From Candidatus Poribacteria bacterium (GTDB lineage: Bacteria; Poribacteria; WGA-4E; PCPOR2b): DNA of 64,000 bases. The notes below the pieces were generated by a model. The model made no database searches and was not told the DNA's origin. It saw only the letters and a program-made list of their open reading frames with translations. The DNA is taken from contig OZ244042.1 in assembly GCA_965215015.1 (NCBI GenBank), forward strand, positions 5,056,001-5,120,000, read 5' to 3'. Positions within the stretch are counted from its first letter, which is position 1, and each line of letters opens with the position of its first letter. This document shows positions 47,373 to 58,625 of the stretch, piece by piece. The position numbers and the translations under genes were made by a program.

Positions 47373-48413
47373 ATGCACGGATTGACGTTAGCAAATCCTT
47401 ACTTGACTAACGAATTATCGCCGCCGCCCGCTAGGAGTTACCGCTACCGGCAGTGGGTTGAACGAGGATATCAAGGCCTCCTAGGACCGATTCCCTCTGA
47501 CAACGAGCTAGGAGTCTTGATTGGGCAAATGGGCTGGGTAGGAAGCCACGCGCATGTGCACGGCTATCTGTGGGCTTCGGCGGGTAACATGGGGGCACTC
47601 TTATCCGAGGCGGTGGATGAAGCTTGTCTGCTTCCACGCAATGAATCGCCTCGTTACGCCCTGCCCCCAGCAATTACTGTGAAAGGGTTGGCGGGGCGAC
47701 ACGTCCTCTTAACAAAATCCGGCTCACGGTTGGATATGATTGCCCTTGAGCATCCAGCACTCAACTTGACAATTGTTGAGGTGGAAGACGACGGTGTGCA
47801 CTACCGCATGCGCTTTGGTACACCTCCGCTCTCTGCACTCGACAAGGTTCAGACGAAACCCCCGAAACCGACGAGCGAGATGTTTCACTATATGCTAATC
47901 TTTGAGAAGCTCGAAGCAGATGGTTTCAAAGCGTTGGTGCATCTACAACCTAAGTTCTTGAACCTAATCTCCCGCACTGAACATGGGGCGGCATCACGGT
48001 TTTACGATTTCCTGAGAGGGTATGAACCAGAAACCCCGATTATGTACGATAAATCCGGCGGAATCGGTTTTGTACAAGAGCGAGCACCCGGCATCCCTGA
48101 GCTTTCCTATGAAAGTCTGCGCCTTTTTAAGGGCGAAGACCTCCCGGCAAATCAACGTCACGAGATGCGCTACATCATCTATTGGGTTGGACACGGCACC
48201 TTTTCCCGTGGGGTTGATATTCTAGACGCCTACAGGCATTCCGAGTATTTTGAGGCAGCGGCTCGAATGACGTGGGAAGCCAACCAAAATCGTATTAACG
48301 TACAGGCTTATAGCGAAGAAATCGTGAACTGTATTCTGCGTGAGTTTCAGGCGAATCAGGAACCCGCCCAAGAGCCCCTTCCTGAACGGGATAACTTGTA
48401 TAATTACCCGTAG
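47373..48413 (+). CDS. Divergent class II aldolase (rhamnulose-1-phosphate aldolase-like)
   Basis: W..AGNM, LLTKSG, KPTSE, VHLQP, PET, PG..EL, W.GHG motifs in RhaD order. Confidence 0.65.
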   Translation: MHGLTLANPYLTNELSPPPARSYRYRQWVERGYQGLLGPIPSDNELGVLIGQMGWVGSHAHVHGYLWASAGNMGALLSEAVDEACLLPRNESPRYALPPAITVKGLAGRHVLLTKSGSRLDMIALEHPALNLTIVEVEDDGVHYRMRFGTPPLSALDKVQTKPPKPTSEMFHYMLIFEKLEADGFKALVHLQPKFLNLISRTEHGAASRFYDFLRGYEPETPIMYDKSGGIGFVQERAPGIPELSYESLRLFKGEDLPANQRHEMRYIIYWVGHGTFSRGVDILDAYRHSEYFEAAARMTWEANQNRINVQAYSEEIVNCILREFQANQEPAQEPLPERDNLYNYP

Positions 48414-48459
48414 TCCAGAAATTTTGGATCAAGCAGGTAAACGTAGCCCCGTTAGACCG

Positions 48460-50415
48460 TCAAATCTTCCGAGCGAAAGTATGCCCCTCCATAATCGCAT
48501 GCTGGAGCGTGCGCGGTGCGAAGGCATCGCCGATAACGAAGCATGTCACCTCGTCTGGGAGCGATTGAGATAACTCGTCAACCGCTTGTCCACCAAAGGC
48601 ATGGACTATAGCATCGTAACCGTTCAGCTCGCCCCTCGTCTCAGCCCAAGCGTTTTCGGTAATAAGGGTATTGCTCTCAATTGCGCGGACATGCAGATGC
48701 GGGTGGATTACAATCCCTTTGTGGAACAGACGTTGATACACCGGTGGGCGCGTTGTTGCGCCGAGCAGCGTACAAATCGCTTCCATACTTGTGATAATCT
48801 CCACAGATTTTCCTGCATCAAGCAGTAGCTCCGCGACATTGGGTCCCTGGAAACCGTACTCCTCATCAATAACCGCCACACGCTCACCTGTTGGAATATC
48901 ACCGTTCAAGACAGACCACGCATCTATCGTATTTTCAACCCCAGGCACCTCCGGCATCAGTGGACGCGCACCGGTCGCCACGATGACGACATCGGGGGAT
49001 TCGCTCAAGATTGATTCGGCGGTCGCCGTACAGTTTAGTCGAACCTTGACCCCGGATTTTCGGCATTGCTCTCCCAACCATTCCGTTGCACCTGAAAACT
49101 CGCCGCGCAATGGGGCTTTGGCGGCAATCAGCGTTTGACCGCCCAGCTCACTATCCCTCTCCATCAACACGACATCGTGCCCGCGCCATTGTGCGATGCG
49201 TGCAGCTTCAAGCCCTGCGGGACCACCGCCAACCACCACCACCTTGCGAAGGTGCTCCGCCGGTGTGAGTGCGTCCAACTCAGTCTCCCTTCCTATCGTC
49301 GCGTTCTGTACGCACGTCACGCCACGCCCGGTATAGATGCGATCGATGCATCCTTCGTTGTAACCGCGACATAACCGAATGTCCTCCAACTGTCCTGCCA
49401 TCGCCTTCTGAGGTGCTTGTGGATCAGCAATTAGCGCACGGGTCATGATGACCAGATCCGCCTGATCGTTTGAAACGATTTGCTCTGCTTCCATTGGATG
49501 TGTTACCCGCCCTGCCGTGATGACCGGCACGGACACCACATCTTTGATCGAAGCTGCCAGCAGCGCGTATGTTGCATGGGAGAAGGTCATGTCTGGCACC
49601 GCTCCTGCTTCGCCGACGAAGGTTTCGGCAGTCGCCCCGATAATGCTAAAGTAATCGAGGATTCCTAGCGAATTTAGATTGGCCGCAATCTCTTGCATCA
49701 TTGCATTGTCAAGACCACCCTTGGTGAAATCATCACCTGTGATACGGATGCCGATGATGAAATCATCGCCGCACCGTTCACGGATAGCCTCAATGACCCG
49801 TATACCGAAACGCAAACGATTGGGGAGCAAGCCGCCGTACTCATCGGTGCGGCGGTTGGCGTTTTGCGTCCAGAATTGATCGATTAGATGGCAGTGGCTC
49901 GCGTTTACCTCACAGCCGTCAAAGTTGCCTTGCTTCAATCGCCATGCCGCATCCGAGAACGCTTGGACGAACTCAGTTATCGTTTCCTCGTCAAGTGTGT
50001 GCGGTGTTTCGCGGTGGTTCGGCTCGCGGATAGGAGATGGGCCGTACATCCGATGAAGCCGATCTACGCTCCGCCCCCGTCGGCCGCGGTGTGTAATTTG
50101 CGAAATGACCGGCACATTATAGGCGTGCATTGTGTCGGTAAATTTAGCGAGGTACGGAATCACGCGGTCCTCGAACAATTCCACGCCGTTCCAATCCTGC
50201 GCCGGTGACGTTGGGTGGACACCTGCCGAGCCGAAGCACATCAGTAGTCCTACCCCGCCCTTTGCCTTTTCCTCGTAGTAACGGCGTGCTTTCTCCTTTG
50301 GAATCCCATCTTCCGCCAAGGCATCAGCATGTGCCGATGTGACGATTCGGTTCTTGACCGTAACATGGCGGAGTTGTAGCGGAGTGAACAGATGCTTAAA
50401 TACCGGTGCAGCCAT
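48460..50415 (-). CDS. NADH:flavin oxidoreductase (OYE-like TIM barrel + Fe-S + FAD domain)
   Basis: KNRIVTSAH, AKGGVGL, N.RTDEYGG...NRLRF, CRGYNEGC...C, GGGPAG. Confidence 0.9.
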   Translation of the reverse strand: MAAPVFKHLFTPLQLRHVTVKNRIVTSAHADALAEDGIPKEKARRYYEEKAKGGVGLLMCFGSAGVHPTSPAQDWNGVELFEDRVIPYLAKFTDTMHAYNVPVISQITHRGRRGRSVDRLHRMYGPSPIREPNHRETPHTLDEETITEFVQAFSDAAWRLKQGNFDGCEVNASHCHLIDQFWTQNANRRTDEYGGLLPNRLRFGIRVIEAIRERCGDDFIIGIRITGDDFTKGGLDNAMMQEIAANLNSLGILDYFSIIGATAETFVGEAGAVPDMTFSHATYALLAASIKDVVSVPVITAGRVTHPMEAEQIVSNDQADLVIMTRALIADPQAPQKAMAGQLEDIRLCRGYNEGCIDRIYTGRGVTCVQNATIGRETELDALTPAEHLRKVVVVGGGPAGLEAARIAQWRGHDVVLMERDSELGGQTLIAAKAPLRGEFSGATEWLGEQCRKSGVKVRLNCTATAESILSESPDVVIVATGARPLMPEVPGVENTIDAWSVLNGDIPTGERVAVIDEEYGFQGPNVAELLLDAGKSVEIITSMEAICTLLGATTRPPVYQRLFHKGIVIHPHLHVRAIESNTLITENAWAETRGELNGYDAIVHAFGGQAVDELSQSLPDEVTCFVIGDAFAPRTLQHAIMEGHTFARKI

Positions 50416-50688
50416 GATGATTCCTCCCTATTAAAAAAATTACAAAGTTGATCCCCGTATCCATTCGCGGTGAGCTCTCTTCCATCTTATTCACTTTAGG
50501 AGTTACGCTCTTGAGTTTGTAGTTAAAACCTTCGCACCTACCATGAGAAACTCACGGTGCATTCATCACCGAGCACGATGCTGCCAGCCAATTGCTCCAA
50601 AATCCCTTTCGCCATGTGATTCTCCTCCTCAAAACGAATTACTTTTTTCGAGAACACAGAGAAATGAGGAGCAATCTATTGCCCTCAA

Positions 50689-51744
50689 TCATCTCTGTTG
50701 TGCGACAATTAATGGGTTTTCGCCAGAGGACAGCGGCAGTGCCACAGTCTGCCCCTCGACAATTGATTGGTAAGCTGCCATCAGCGTTTCGACAGCGATG
50801 AGTGCAGTTTCGATGTTGCTTGTAGGTGGCGTGCCGTTTTCGATTGCATTAATCAATTGCTCTACCGAGCCCATAACCGTTGCGCCCTCGACAAACTGAT
50901 CGTAATCTTGAGGAATATGGTTGATTGTAACGACCTGTGCGCTCGCGTCGATAAACATCGTTTGACCCTCAAAGTTGACCGTCATCGAATTACTATGACG
51001 ACGCTCTTTGATCAACTGCTGTTTGCCTACCTCAAGAAAAGCGAAAAAATCGCCATAGTCAAGGACAATCTGCCCGAAGTTCTCAACGTCAGCTTCCGCA
51101 AAAACATCCCAGAGTTTTCGCCATTTTGCGGTGACGGTTTTTGGACGACCGAACAGCGAAGCTGCGTAGTCAATCGCATAGCATCCCATGTTGGTCATCT
51201 CTCCGCCGCCGGACTTCTGAGGAGGATCAAGCCGTTCGGGCCATGCAGCTGCTAATTCAAAATCGATCGGGAAATTCATCCCGAAGAGATGATGATAGCC
51301 CATCACCGTGCCGTGCATTCCCGCCTGTACCTCTTCCAATAACCTTGCATAGACCGGCACAAAACGAACCATCGGTATATCGTGCACGAAATGGACATTG
51401 TATGTTTTGACCGCTTCAGCGATACGGCGTGCACTGTCCAGACTTTCACAGAGCGGCTTGTTGAGGAAAACGTGTTTGCCCGCAGCAGCGGCAAGCTCAA
51501 CCATCTCTGCCTTATCACCTGGATTACAGGACACCGCAACGAAATCTACACCCGGGTGATTGATGACTGCCTCGTATGAAGTTGACAAAGGGGCACCGAA
51601 GATTTGTCGCAGTTCTTCCGCACGACGCGGATTTTCTTCGTATGCAGCAATAACACGGGTATCGGATCTGCCCTTGAACATGCTACAGATGCCTGCGCCG
51701 TGTGTGCAACAGTTACCGAGGAGGCCTACATTATATAACTTCAT
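50689..51744 (-). CDS. Gfo/Idh/MocA family oxidoreductase
   Basis: AGKHVFLNKP, GGGE...MGCYAID, VENFG. Confidence 0.8.
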   Translation of the reverse strand: MKLYNVGLLGNCCTHGAGICSMFKGRSDTRVIAAYEENPRRAEELRQIFGAPLSTSYEAVINHPGVDFVAVSCNPGDKAEMVELAAAAGKHVFLNKPLCESLDSARRIAEAVKTYNVHFVHDIPMVRFVPVYARLLEEVQAGMHGTVMGYHHLFGMNFPIDFELAAAWPERLDPPQKSGGGEMTNMGCYAIDYAASLFGRPKTVTAKWRKLWDVFAEADVENFGQIVLDYGDFFAFLEVGKQQLIKERRHSNSMTVNFEGQTMFIDASAQVVTINHIPQDYDQFVEGATVMGSVEQLINAIENGTPPTSNIETALIAVETLMAAYQSIVEGQTVALPLSSGENPLIVAQQR

Positions 51745-51903
51745 TTTTATCTTCGTCCCTCCGAGATTGGGTTACTCAATGGGATAGCAGATATCACCAG
51801 TTGCAGGAATTGAATATATAGGAAAGCTTTAAAGGGTTCAGTTTCTCAATTTCGTGTTGAGGCTCGATTTCCAAGTTGCGGCATACGGAGTATGCCTACT
51901 ACT

Positions 51904-52764
51904 TTATTCAAAAAGCCGCTTGAATTCCGGCAAACACTCCCAAAATCCATCTTCAAATGTCCCGTTATCGGGTCTATAGACACTTTCAAGAGAGATGTTC
52001 CCCTGATAATTATCACGCAAGAGTGCGTTAGCAATACCTTCAAGGTATGGAGCGACATCTCCCCCGCCGAGCGGGCAGAAACGAACCGTTGCTTTTGAGA
52101 TGTCAACCTGGCAATCTTTGAGATGAATATGACCAATGTCATCTTTAATCTGTTCGTAGGCATCCGGATAGGGGACTTCCGTACAATACATGGTGTTGGG
52201 GATATCCCAGAGGATTTTAAGATGCTTGCTCCCTAGATCATCAATCAGTTTTTTCGCCAGCACACCCGATGTTATCATCGCATTATTTCCGGTTTCAACA
52301 ACGAGGGTCACCCCTTTCTCTTCGGCTAATTTTACCGGGGCTTCCATGAGCTTGAGTAGTCTATCCCAAGCCCCCGTACTGGCAACCCAGTCCTCTGCAC
52401 CGTTAGCACCAAAGATAATCATCTCTTTTTTGCAGCTCATGATTCTAACCCGGTTGGTTCCTAACTCTTGGGCGATGTGGATACACCGTTGAAGCCCCGC
52501 CATATGTTCTTGATAAATAGAATCTTCCGGTTCAATCTCCATTATTGGAAGCCCCGCGAAATTATGTCGCGAAATACAAGAGACTTCCACCCGATATTGT
52601 GCAACCAATTTTTTTATTTTTCGGATTTCCTCTGATGTTTGATCTCCAATCTCCTTGTCCCAAAGGAACTGGAGTTCTGCATATTTGAGCCCTGCTTTAG
52701 CCATCGCCTGCAATGCATACTCAAGATCCCTACTGATACCGTTAGTAATGACGCCGAGTTTCAT
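51904..52764 (-). CDS. Sugar phosphate isomerase/epimerase (xylose isomerase-like TIM barrel)
   Basis: LVVET, WDIPN, HIHLKD, SLES metal motifs. Confidence 0.85.
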   Translation of the reverse strand: MKLGVITNGISRDLEYALQAMAKAGLKYAELQFLWDKEIGDQTSEEIRKIKKLVAQYRVEVSCISRHNFAGLPIMEIEPEDSIYQEHMAGLQRCIHIAQELGTNRVRIMSCKKEMIIFGANGAEDWVASTGAWDRLLKLMEAPVKLAEEKGVTLVVETGNNAMITSGVLAKKLIDDLGSKHLKILWDIPNTMYCTEVPYPDAYEQIKDDIGHIHLKDCQVDISKATVRFCPLGGGDVAPYLEGIANALLRDNYQGNISLESVYRPDNGTFEDGFWECLPEFKRLFE

Positions 52765-53059
52765 CCTGTTCTGCCCCCTTCATGTGAACCGGCTTTGACC
52801 CCTATTTTTGCAATTTGCTTACAATTTGCGAATGTTGTCACCTAACACCCCGTATTTTTTCCGTATAAATCAAAGTTGAATCTTATCCAGTGATCGAGTA
52901 AAATACCTGATGATTTTAGTATAACAAAGCGCATAAAGTCAAGGATCGAATTTAGTATTTCATATATGCCTCATTTTTCCGAGTCCATTACCCTTCTTTG
53001 TAAGCCCCGACTGCTTATATCGTGCCCAGTCTGGCGTTCTCGTATCATCGAGGCTACAA

Positions 53060-54997
53060 TTGAAAGATACCTCTGACACCCCAAAAAGCGGCTTAACGCT
53101 CAAGTCCCTCCTGACCACGCTGCTGCTCACTCCGATTAATGCGGCTTGGGTCATCCAACTGGAAGTAGTTCGCCATACCTGCCCAACGATTATCCATCCC
53201 TTCGCAAATGTAATTTTTATTTTCTTTTGGCTGCTTCTGATTCAGCACATACTGAATAAAGTTTCTCCCATACTCGGCCTTTCTCAGCAGGAATTACTAA
53301 CCATCTATATCATGTTGTGTATTGTCTCCTGTCTCTGTTCGTACGACTGCCTAGAAGTCTTGATTCCAATCATGGGACATCCGTTTCGGTTTGCAACGAT
53401 CGAAAACGAATGGCAACAACTGTTCATCAAGCAACTTCCCCATTGGCTCACTATCTCCGATGAAAAAGCACTAACCGCTTTCTATGAAGGCGATTCAAGC
53501 CTCTATAACAGGCATCATCTTAACGTATGGTTCATCCCTGCCGTTACGTGGATATTGTTCATCTTAGTGATGATGATTGTGATGGTGTGCATTAACACGC
53601 TGTTACGAGTGCAGTGGGCAGAACGTGAACGGTTGACCTATCCAATCATTCAACTTCCACTAGAAATGACCCATCCAAAATCGAGGTTCTTCAAAAACAG
53701 ACTGATGTGGCTCGGTTTCGGTATCATCTCGCTAATCGTGACCGTGAATATCCTTAACTCACTCTACCCATCGGTTCCCTATATCCCCATCAAACGTCAG
53801 GACATCCATCAGTATTTTACCCATCGCCCCTGGAACACGATAGGCGGGGTACGAATCTCTTTCTATCCTTTCGTCATCGGCATTAGCTTCCTTATACCGC
53901 TCGAACTTCTATTTTCATGTTGGGCGTTTTTCTGGGTTTACAAGATCGAACTGATGGTCGGTAGCCTGATGGGTTGGCGAAAGCTCCCACGCTTCCCTTA
54001 TGCCAGTGAACAGGCATTCGGTGCATATATGGCGATATTAGGATTCATACTCTGGAGAGGGAGATTGCATCTCAAAGGGTTAGTGCATCATCTGTTAGGA
54101 TCGCGTGCATCTGCGTCACAACTGGATGACTCTCGTGAACCGATGCCGTATCGCCTTGCCGTTGGAGGCATCGTCACTGGCACGGTCTTCTTGACGATTT
54201 TTTCCTACAAAGCAGGAATGTCGTTGTGGGTGATACCAATTTTTTTCGGGACCTACTTCTTATTAGGGATAATGGTTACAAGACTCCGTGCCGAATTAGG
54301 TCTCATGGTACACGATATGATTGGTATCGCGCCACATAGCATAATTATCACCGGTTTTGGCACACGTCAACTGGGTAAGGGTACGCTGACCACCTTTGCG
54401 TTGTACCTGTTCTTCACCCGCACCAACTGGGCAAATCCGATGCCGGAACCTCTCGAAGCCTTCAAAATATCGTCCTTGCGAAATATTAATTCCCGTAATA
54501 TGGCAGTTGCCATTCTGTTCGCAACGATTATCGGATCGGGGACCACCTTTTGGCTCCTGTTGGATATCTACTACCGGCATGGTGCAGCATCCGGATACTT
54601 CTATCCAAGCACGTTAGCGTTTGGACGCCACGCTTATGGTCTACTTGAGAATTGGCTGAGTTTTCCCCAAGGGTACGATGGGCCCGCACTTGCCTTTACA
54701 GGGGGTGGACTTGGGGTGGCGGGGTTGTTGATGTTTTTGCGAGCGCGCTTTTTGTGGTGGTCGCTTCACCCACTTGGTTATGCAATGGCAAATAGTTGGG
54801 GGATGTACAATCTATGGTGCTGTCTCTTTGTCGTTTGGGTCGCCAAGCTTATTATCCTACGTTATGGAGGCCTACGGGCGTATCAACGCGCGATTCCCTT
54901 CTTTTTGGGGTTGGCGTTGGGAGACTGTATAGCTGGCAGTATCGGGAGCATTTTAAGCATCCTTCTAAACACGCCTGTCTATGAATTTTTTCCCTAA
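53060..54997 (+). CDS. Large polytopic membrane protein, DUF6785/DUF6784 (OPT-like transporter) type
   Basis: ELLTIY, QW.ERERLTYPI..LP, RLRAELG, WW.LHPLGY, YGG...Y....PFF.GL..G; many TM helices. Confidence 0.7.
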   Translation: MKDTSDTPKSGLTLKSLLTTLLLTPINAAWVIQLEVVRHTCPTIIHPFANVIFIFFWLLLIQHILNKVSPILGLSQQELLTIYIMLCIVSCLCSYDCLEVLIPIMGHPFRFATIENEWQQLFIKQLPHWLTISDEKALTAFYEGDSSLYNRHHLNVWFIPAVTWILFILVMMIVMVCINTLLRVQWAERERLTYPIIQLPLEMTHPKSRFFKNRLMWLGFGIISLIVTVNILNSLYPSVPYIPIKRQDIHQYFTHRPWNTIGGVRISFYPFVIGISFLIPLELLFSCWAFFWVYKIELMVGSLMGWRKLPRFPYASEQAFGAYMAILGFILWRGRLHLKGLVHHLLGSRASASQLDDSREPMPYRLAVGGIVTGTVFLTIFSYKAGMSLWVIPIFFGTYFLLGIMVTRLRAELGLMVHDMIGIAPHSIIITGFGTRQLGKGTLTTFALYLFFTRTNWANPMPEPLEAFKISSLRNINSRNMAVAILFATIIGSGTTFWLLLDIYYRHGAASGYFYPSTLAFGRHAYGLLENWLSFPQGYDGPALAFTGGGLGVAGLLMFLRARFLWWSLHPLGYAMANSWGMYNLWCCLFVVWVAKLIILRYGGLRAYQRAIPFFLGLALGDCIAGSIGSILSILLNTPVYEFFP

Positions 54998-55099
54998 GCG
55001 ATTCAGGTACGTAAAAAAAAGTAATTCCGTTAGGACTTACGCAGTTGAACGTTCTCAGTCTTGCGCTGCGTTGACCACACCTCCCCTAACTCCCCCTTG

Positions 55100-55344
55100 T
55101 ATTGGGTCGGGCTGAGCTCGCTGGCGATCGAATCCGCCTCCGAAGCCAAGCGGGCGATACGTCGGTCAAAGGGCTCGCGTTCGTGGAGGTTTGTAAGCCG
55201 TTCTTTGGCGTACAGCTCACGCCCCTATTGGTCAATAATCCCTTCAAACTCCCAAATGACGGGTTGATGTCCGCCAAGGCGAGGACATTATCAAGCTTAG
55301 CCTGCCTCGTGGGATTTGTCGATTTGAGATTAAGACAGCTTCAT
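55100..55344 (-). pseudogene. PhyH-family dioxygenase N-terminal remnant
   Basis: Strong RBS aggagg + MKLS*SQIDKSHEAG../LDNVLALADINP../WEFEGIIDQ*GRELYAKERLTNLHEREPFDRRIARLA with stops and frameshifts; ends near the MITE end at 55031. Confidence 0.5.
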
Positions 55345-55386
55345 ATATTTTCCTCCTTTACGCAGATTGGCAGTGTTACAGTCCCT

Positions 55387-56454
55387 TCACTCAAAAGCCA
55401 GCACTGTCCGCGCAACTTTCCCTTGGTTCATATCGTCGAAAGCTTCGTTGAGTTCGTCCAGTGGACGGTAGCGCGAGATAAGTTCGTCGAGTTTAATCTT
55501 CCCCTGATTGTATAGATCTAGAATCCAGAGAAAATCAACACGCGCCCGGGCAGCACCATGGAAAGCACCCATCAGTGTTCGATCCTGTAGCAGATGCCAG
55601 CCATCAACTGAAATCTCCTCGTCCGTGGGTTGTACCCCAACTACCACGGCGGTTCCGGTGGTACGGATTGAGTCGATCGCTTGTCGCACCAGCCCTGGGA
55701 ATCCGACCACCTCGAAGGCGTAGTCAGCACCTCCGCCGGTGATCTCTTTGATTCGCTGGACAGGATCCTCCTTAGAAGCATTGACGAAATGCGTGGCACC
55801 CATCTGCTCTGCCAACTCCAACTTATATGGAAACCTATCAATCGCGATGATTTTGCCTGCCGAAGCGAGGACACCACCTTGGATGACGTTCAGACCGACC
55901 CCGCCGCAGCCGAACACTGCCATTGCGGCACCGGCTTCGACCTTCGCACGATTGACGACAGCACCGATGCCGGTGATGACCGCACAACTGATGAGGCAAG
56001 TTTTTTCGAGCGGTGTGTCGCCCGGAACTTTGACGCAGGCATCGGCATGAACAATCGTTTGTTCAACAAAGGTTGGTCTACTATGGTAGACCGGCTCGCC
56101 GTTTTTTGTCATCCGGCTTACAGCCCCGGGGGGATGCGTCTCACACAATGCAGGACTGCCGTTGCTGCAGTTGCGGCAGTAACCACACATGGCGTCAAGA
56201 GATAGGATGATTTTGTCCCCGGCCGCGACGCTAGTTACACCGGGCCCAACCTCTCGGACGATACCCGCACCTTCGTGTCCCATGACCCACGGAGTTTGCT
56301 CACGCTTGACGTGACCATCTACAGAGTGGTAGTCGCTGTGACAAACACCCGCACCAACAATGTCGAGCAACACTTCACCCACTTGCGGTGGTTGGATTTC
56401 GAGCTCCTCAATAGATACGGGAGCGTGGGGTTGGTAAAAGACCGCTGCTTTCAT
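55387..56454 (-). CDS. Zn-dependent alcohol dehydrogenase (class III-like)
   Basis: GVCHSD, GHEGAG, CGYCRNC...C, GCGGVG; RBS ggagg before MKAAVF. Confidence 0.92.
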   Translation of the reverse strand: MKAAVFYQPHAPVSIEELEIQPPQVGEVLLDIVGAGVCHSDYHSVDGHVKREQTPWVMGHEGAGIVREVGPGVTSVAAGDKIILSLDAMCGYCRNCSNGSPALCETHPPGAVSRMTKNGEPVYHSRPTFVEQTIVHADACVKVPGDTPLEKTCLISCAVITGIGAVVNRAKVEAGAAMAVFGCGGVGLNVIQGGVLASAGKIIAIDRFPYKLELAEQMGATHFVNASKEDPVQRIKEITGGGADYAFEVVGFPGLVRQAIDSIRTTGTAVVVGVQPTDEEISVDGWHLLQDRTLMGAFHGAARARVDFLWILDLYNQGKIKLDELISRYRPLDELNEAFDDMNQGKVARTVLAFE

Positions 56455-57016
56455 GGTTTCCTCCAATCTTCTCATAAGGTATGGTCAGACGATAAGCTAT
56501 TTTGGGGTGGCTTGTGCTTTTGGTATCGTCTTATCGTGGTGGTAAACCCAGATGTCTATTCAGAGATTTAGTCCACCACCCCAACTTAGTATGTCAATAG
56601 TATAGCAAAGGATACAAAAAAGTGCTACCTCATTGTTAGCTGAAACTCCAATCCTCTGCTCGGATAAGATTGGGATTCAAAGCAACTTAAAGCGTTCATG
56701 GTAGTACGCATGCTCCGTCGTGCCGTAAACCACACAATCGTTATATGGTTGGGCTAACACGCAACTGCCATTAAAATCCCAACCCCAATGGGAACAAAAT
56801 ATCTCCAACCCCGTCGGTAGGGCATCTTGTCCCATCTACTGCCTGAGCCCCCTATCTGTATTCGTGTAATCTGCTGCATCTATTAAATCCGCGATTCAGA
56901 CAACTATTATGAGCACCCCTCAGTTAAAATAGGTAGACACGAACGATAAAAAAAAGTAGAATAGGTTGGAAGGTTGTAGAGACAGAACACCCACCCGGCA
57001 AACGGAGGAAGAATTG

Positions 57017-58567
57017 ATGACAAAAGAAACGAAAGATTTCGCGCAAGGCGAGAGTGCCGCTATCGCTAGAGACATCTCGGCGCAGGGCGATTGGGTGCCG
57101 CTGATTGATTGGTCCTCCACCTATCCCGGCAATCGTGGGGTCAATCGGGTGGGGCACTATGAACTGTACGACGCACCCGTTGGTGTCCGTATCACGATCG
57201 AGGAAGCGCAGAAAGTGGGACCAATACTTGCAGCAGATCAGGAGTGGGACGGACGCGGTTCACTAGTGCCGCTCCGTATCTGGCGCGACGCGGAACGATA
57301 CCATCTGCTCTATAGCTCACATCCGCGTGTAACGGGTTATCCGGGACTCGGCAGTGGGCATTACCTCTGCTACGCGACAAGCGAGGATGGCTATAACTGG
57401 ACGTGTCCTCATCTGGGTCAAGTTGAATGGAAGGGATCAACCACCAACAACATCATTGCGAACGGACCAACAGGCACGCCCTTTGAAGATCCACAAGCCC
57501 CTCCCGAAGAGCGGTTCAAAGCCATCGGTCAGGTTGGAGCCAATTTCGATCCCGACACCGAGGAGAGACTCGATCCACAGGAGGCTTACAACCGATGGCG
57601 CAGGCAGGAGTATGAAGGGGCCGCTTACAAGGGGCCGCGTATGACCTCTCGCCACTGGGTAGAGGGTTGGACTTCACCGGATGGTATCCATTGGAAAAGC
57701 GTAGGTCAGCTGGGGGATATGAGCTCTGATGGCGGCAGTGCAGCCCAATACGATCCGGATACCCACAGCTATTTCGCGTACATCCGGGTTGGCGGGATGG
57801 GACGGCGGGCGACTGGTTTGACTCGCACTACGGATTTTTGGCATTGGCCCCACGCTGAACTGTGTCTCTTTCCGGATCCGCAGGACCCGCCGGATGTGTC
57901 GTTTTATGGCTGCAGCTACTTCCGCTATCCAACTGACAAACGCCTGCACGGTGCCTTCGTGGAAATCTACCATCAGGTAACGGATCATAATGATGCACAG
58001 ATTGCGTTTACCCGCGACATGACGCACTGGTACCGCCCGGAACGTCGATCGATTATCCCATGTGGTCCATCCGGTAGCCCCGACTCAGGTGGAGCAAGAC
58101 CTTGGGGTGGGCTTTTTGAGCTGCCCGATGGCTATTGGGCAACGATGTATCGTGGACACACATCGCTTCACAACTACCGAGAAAGCGAACCAGCCATCGA
58201 ACCCAAACCGGGTGTGCTGATGCTCGCCCGCTGGTTGCCGCATCGATTCTGCGGTATCGAAGCGGAAATGGAAGGGCGATTCACCATTCCGACTGTCAAA
58301 CACCGCAACAACGAGTTGCGTCTCAACTACCGGTGCCGCAACGGCGGCTATATCGCTTGTGAGTTGATTCGGGGGGTGCCCTCGCGAATCCATCCTGACG
58401 CAGATCCAATCCCCGGTTACTCCTTTGCGGAGAGCAATCTGCTAACCGGCGATGAACTCAGTCGATCAGTCACATGGAGAGGCAAGAGCGATATATCGGG
58501 TATCGGTGGAAGCCTCGCGATACGGCTGCGTATGTTTCAGGCAAAAGTGTTTGCCTATTCTGTCTGA
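57017..58567 (+). CDS. Hypothetical glycoside hydrolase-like beta-propeller protein
   Basis: Asp-box-like YATSEDGYNW, TSPDGIHW, FTRDMTHW; C-terminal IPGYS...GD...V.W beta-sandwich. Confidence 0.6.
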   Translation: MTKETKDFAQGESAAIARDISAQGDWVPLIDWSSTYPGNRGVNRVGHYELYDAPVGVRITIEEAQKVGPILAADQEWDGRGSLVPLRIWRDAERYHLLYSSHPRVTGYPGLGSGHYLCYATSEDGYNWTCPHLGQVEWKGSTTNNIIANGPTGTPFEDPQAPPEERFKAIGQVGANFDPDTEERLDPQEAYNRWRRQEYEGAAYKGPRMTSRHWVEGWTSPDGIHWKSVGQLGDMSSDGGSAAQYDPDTHSYFAYIRVGGMGRRATGLTRTTDFWHWPHAELCLFPDPQDPPDVSFYGCSYFRYPTDKRLHGAFVEIYHQVTDHNDAQIAFTRDMTHWYRPERRSIIPCGPSGSPDSGGARPWGGLFELPDGYWATMYRGHTSLHNYRESEPAIEPKPGVLMLARWLPHRFCGIEAEMEGRFTIPTVKHRNNELRLNYRCRNGGYIACELIRGVPSRIHPDADPIPGYSFAESNLLTGDELSRSVTWRGKSDISGIGGSLAIRLRMFQAKVFAYSV

Positions 58568-58625
58568 ATAGGTATGCTGCGGCCTAAATTCAAATGCTCA
58601 ACTACTTGAGGGAGGTGCGCCATTA

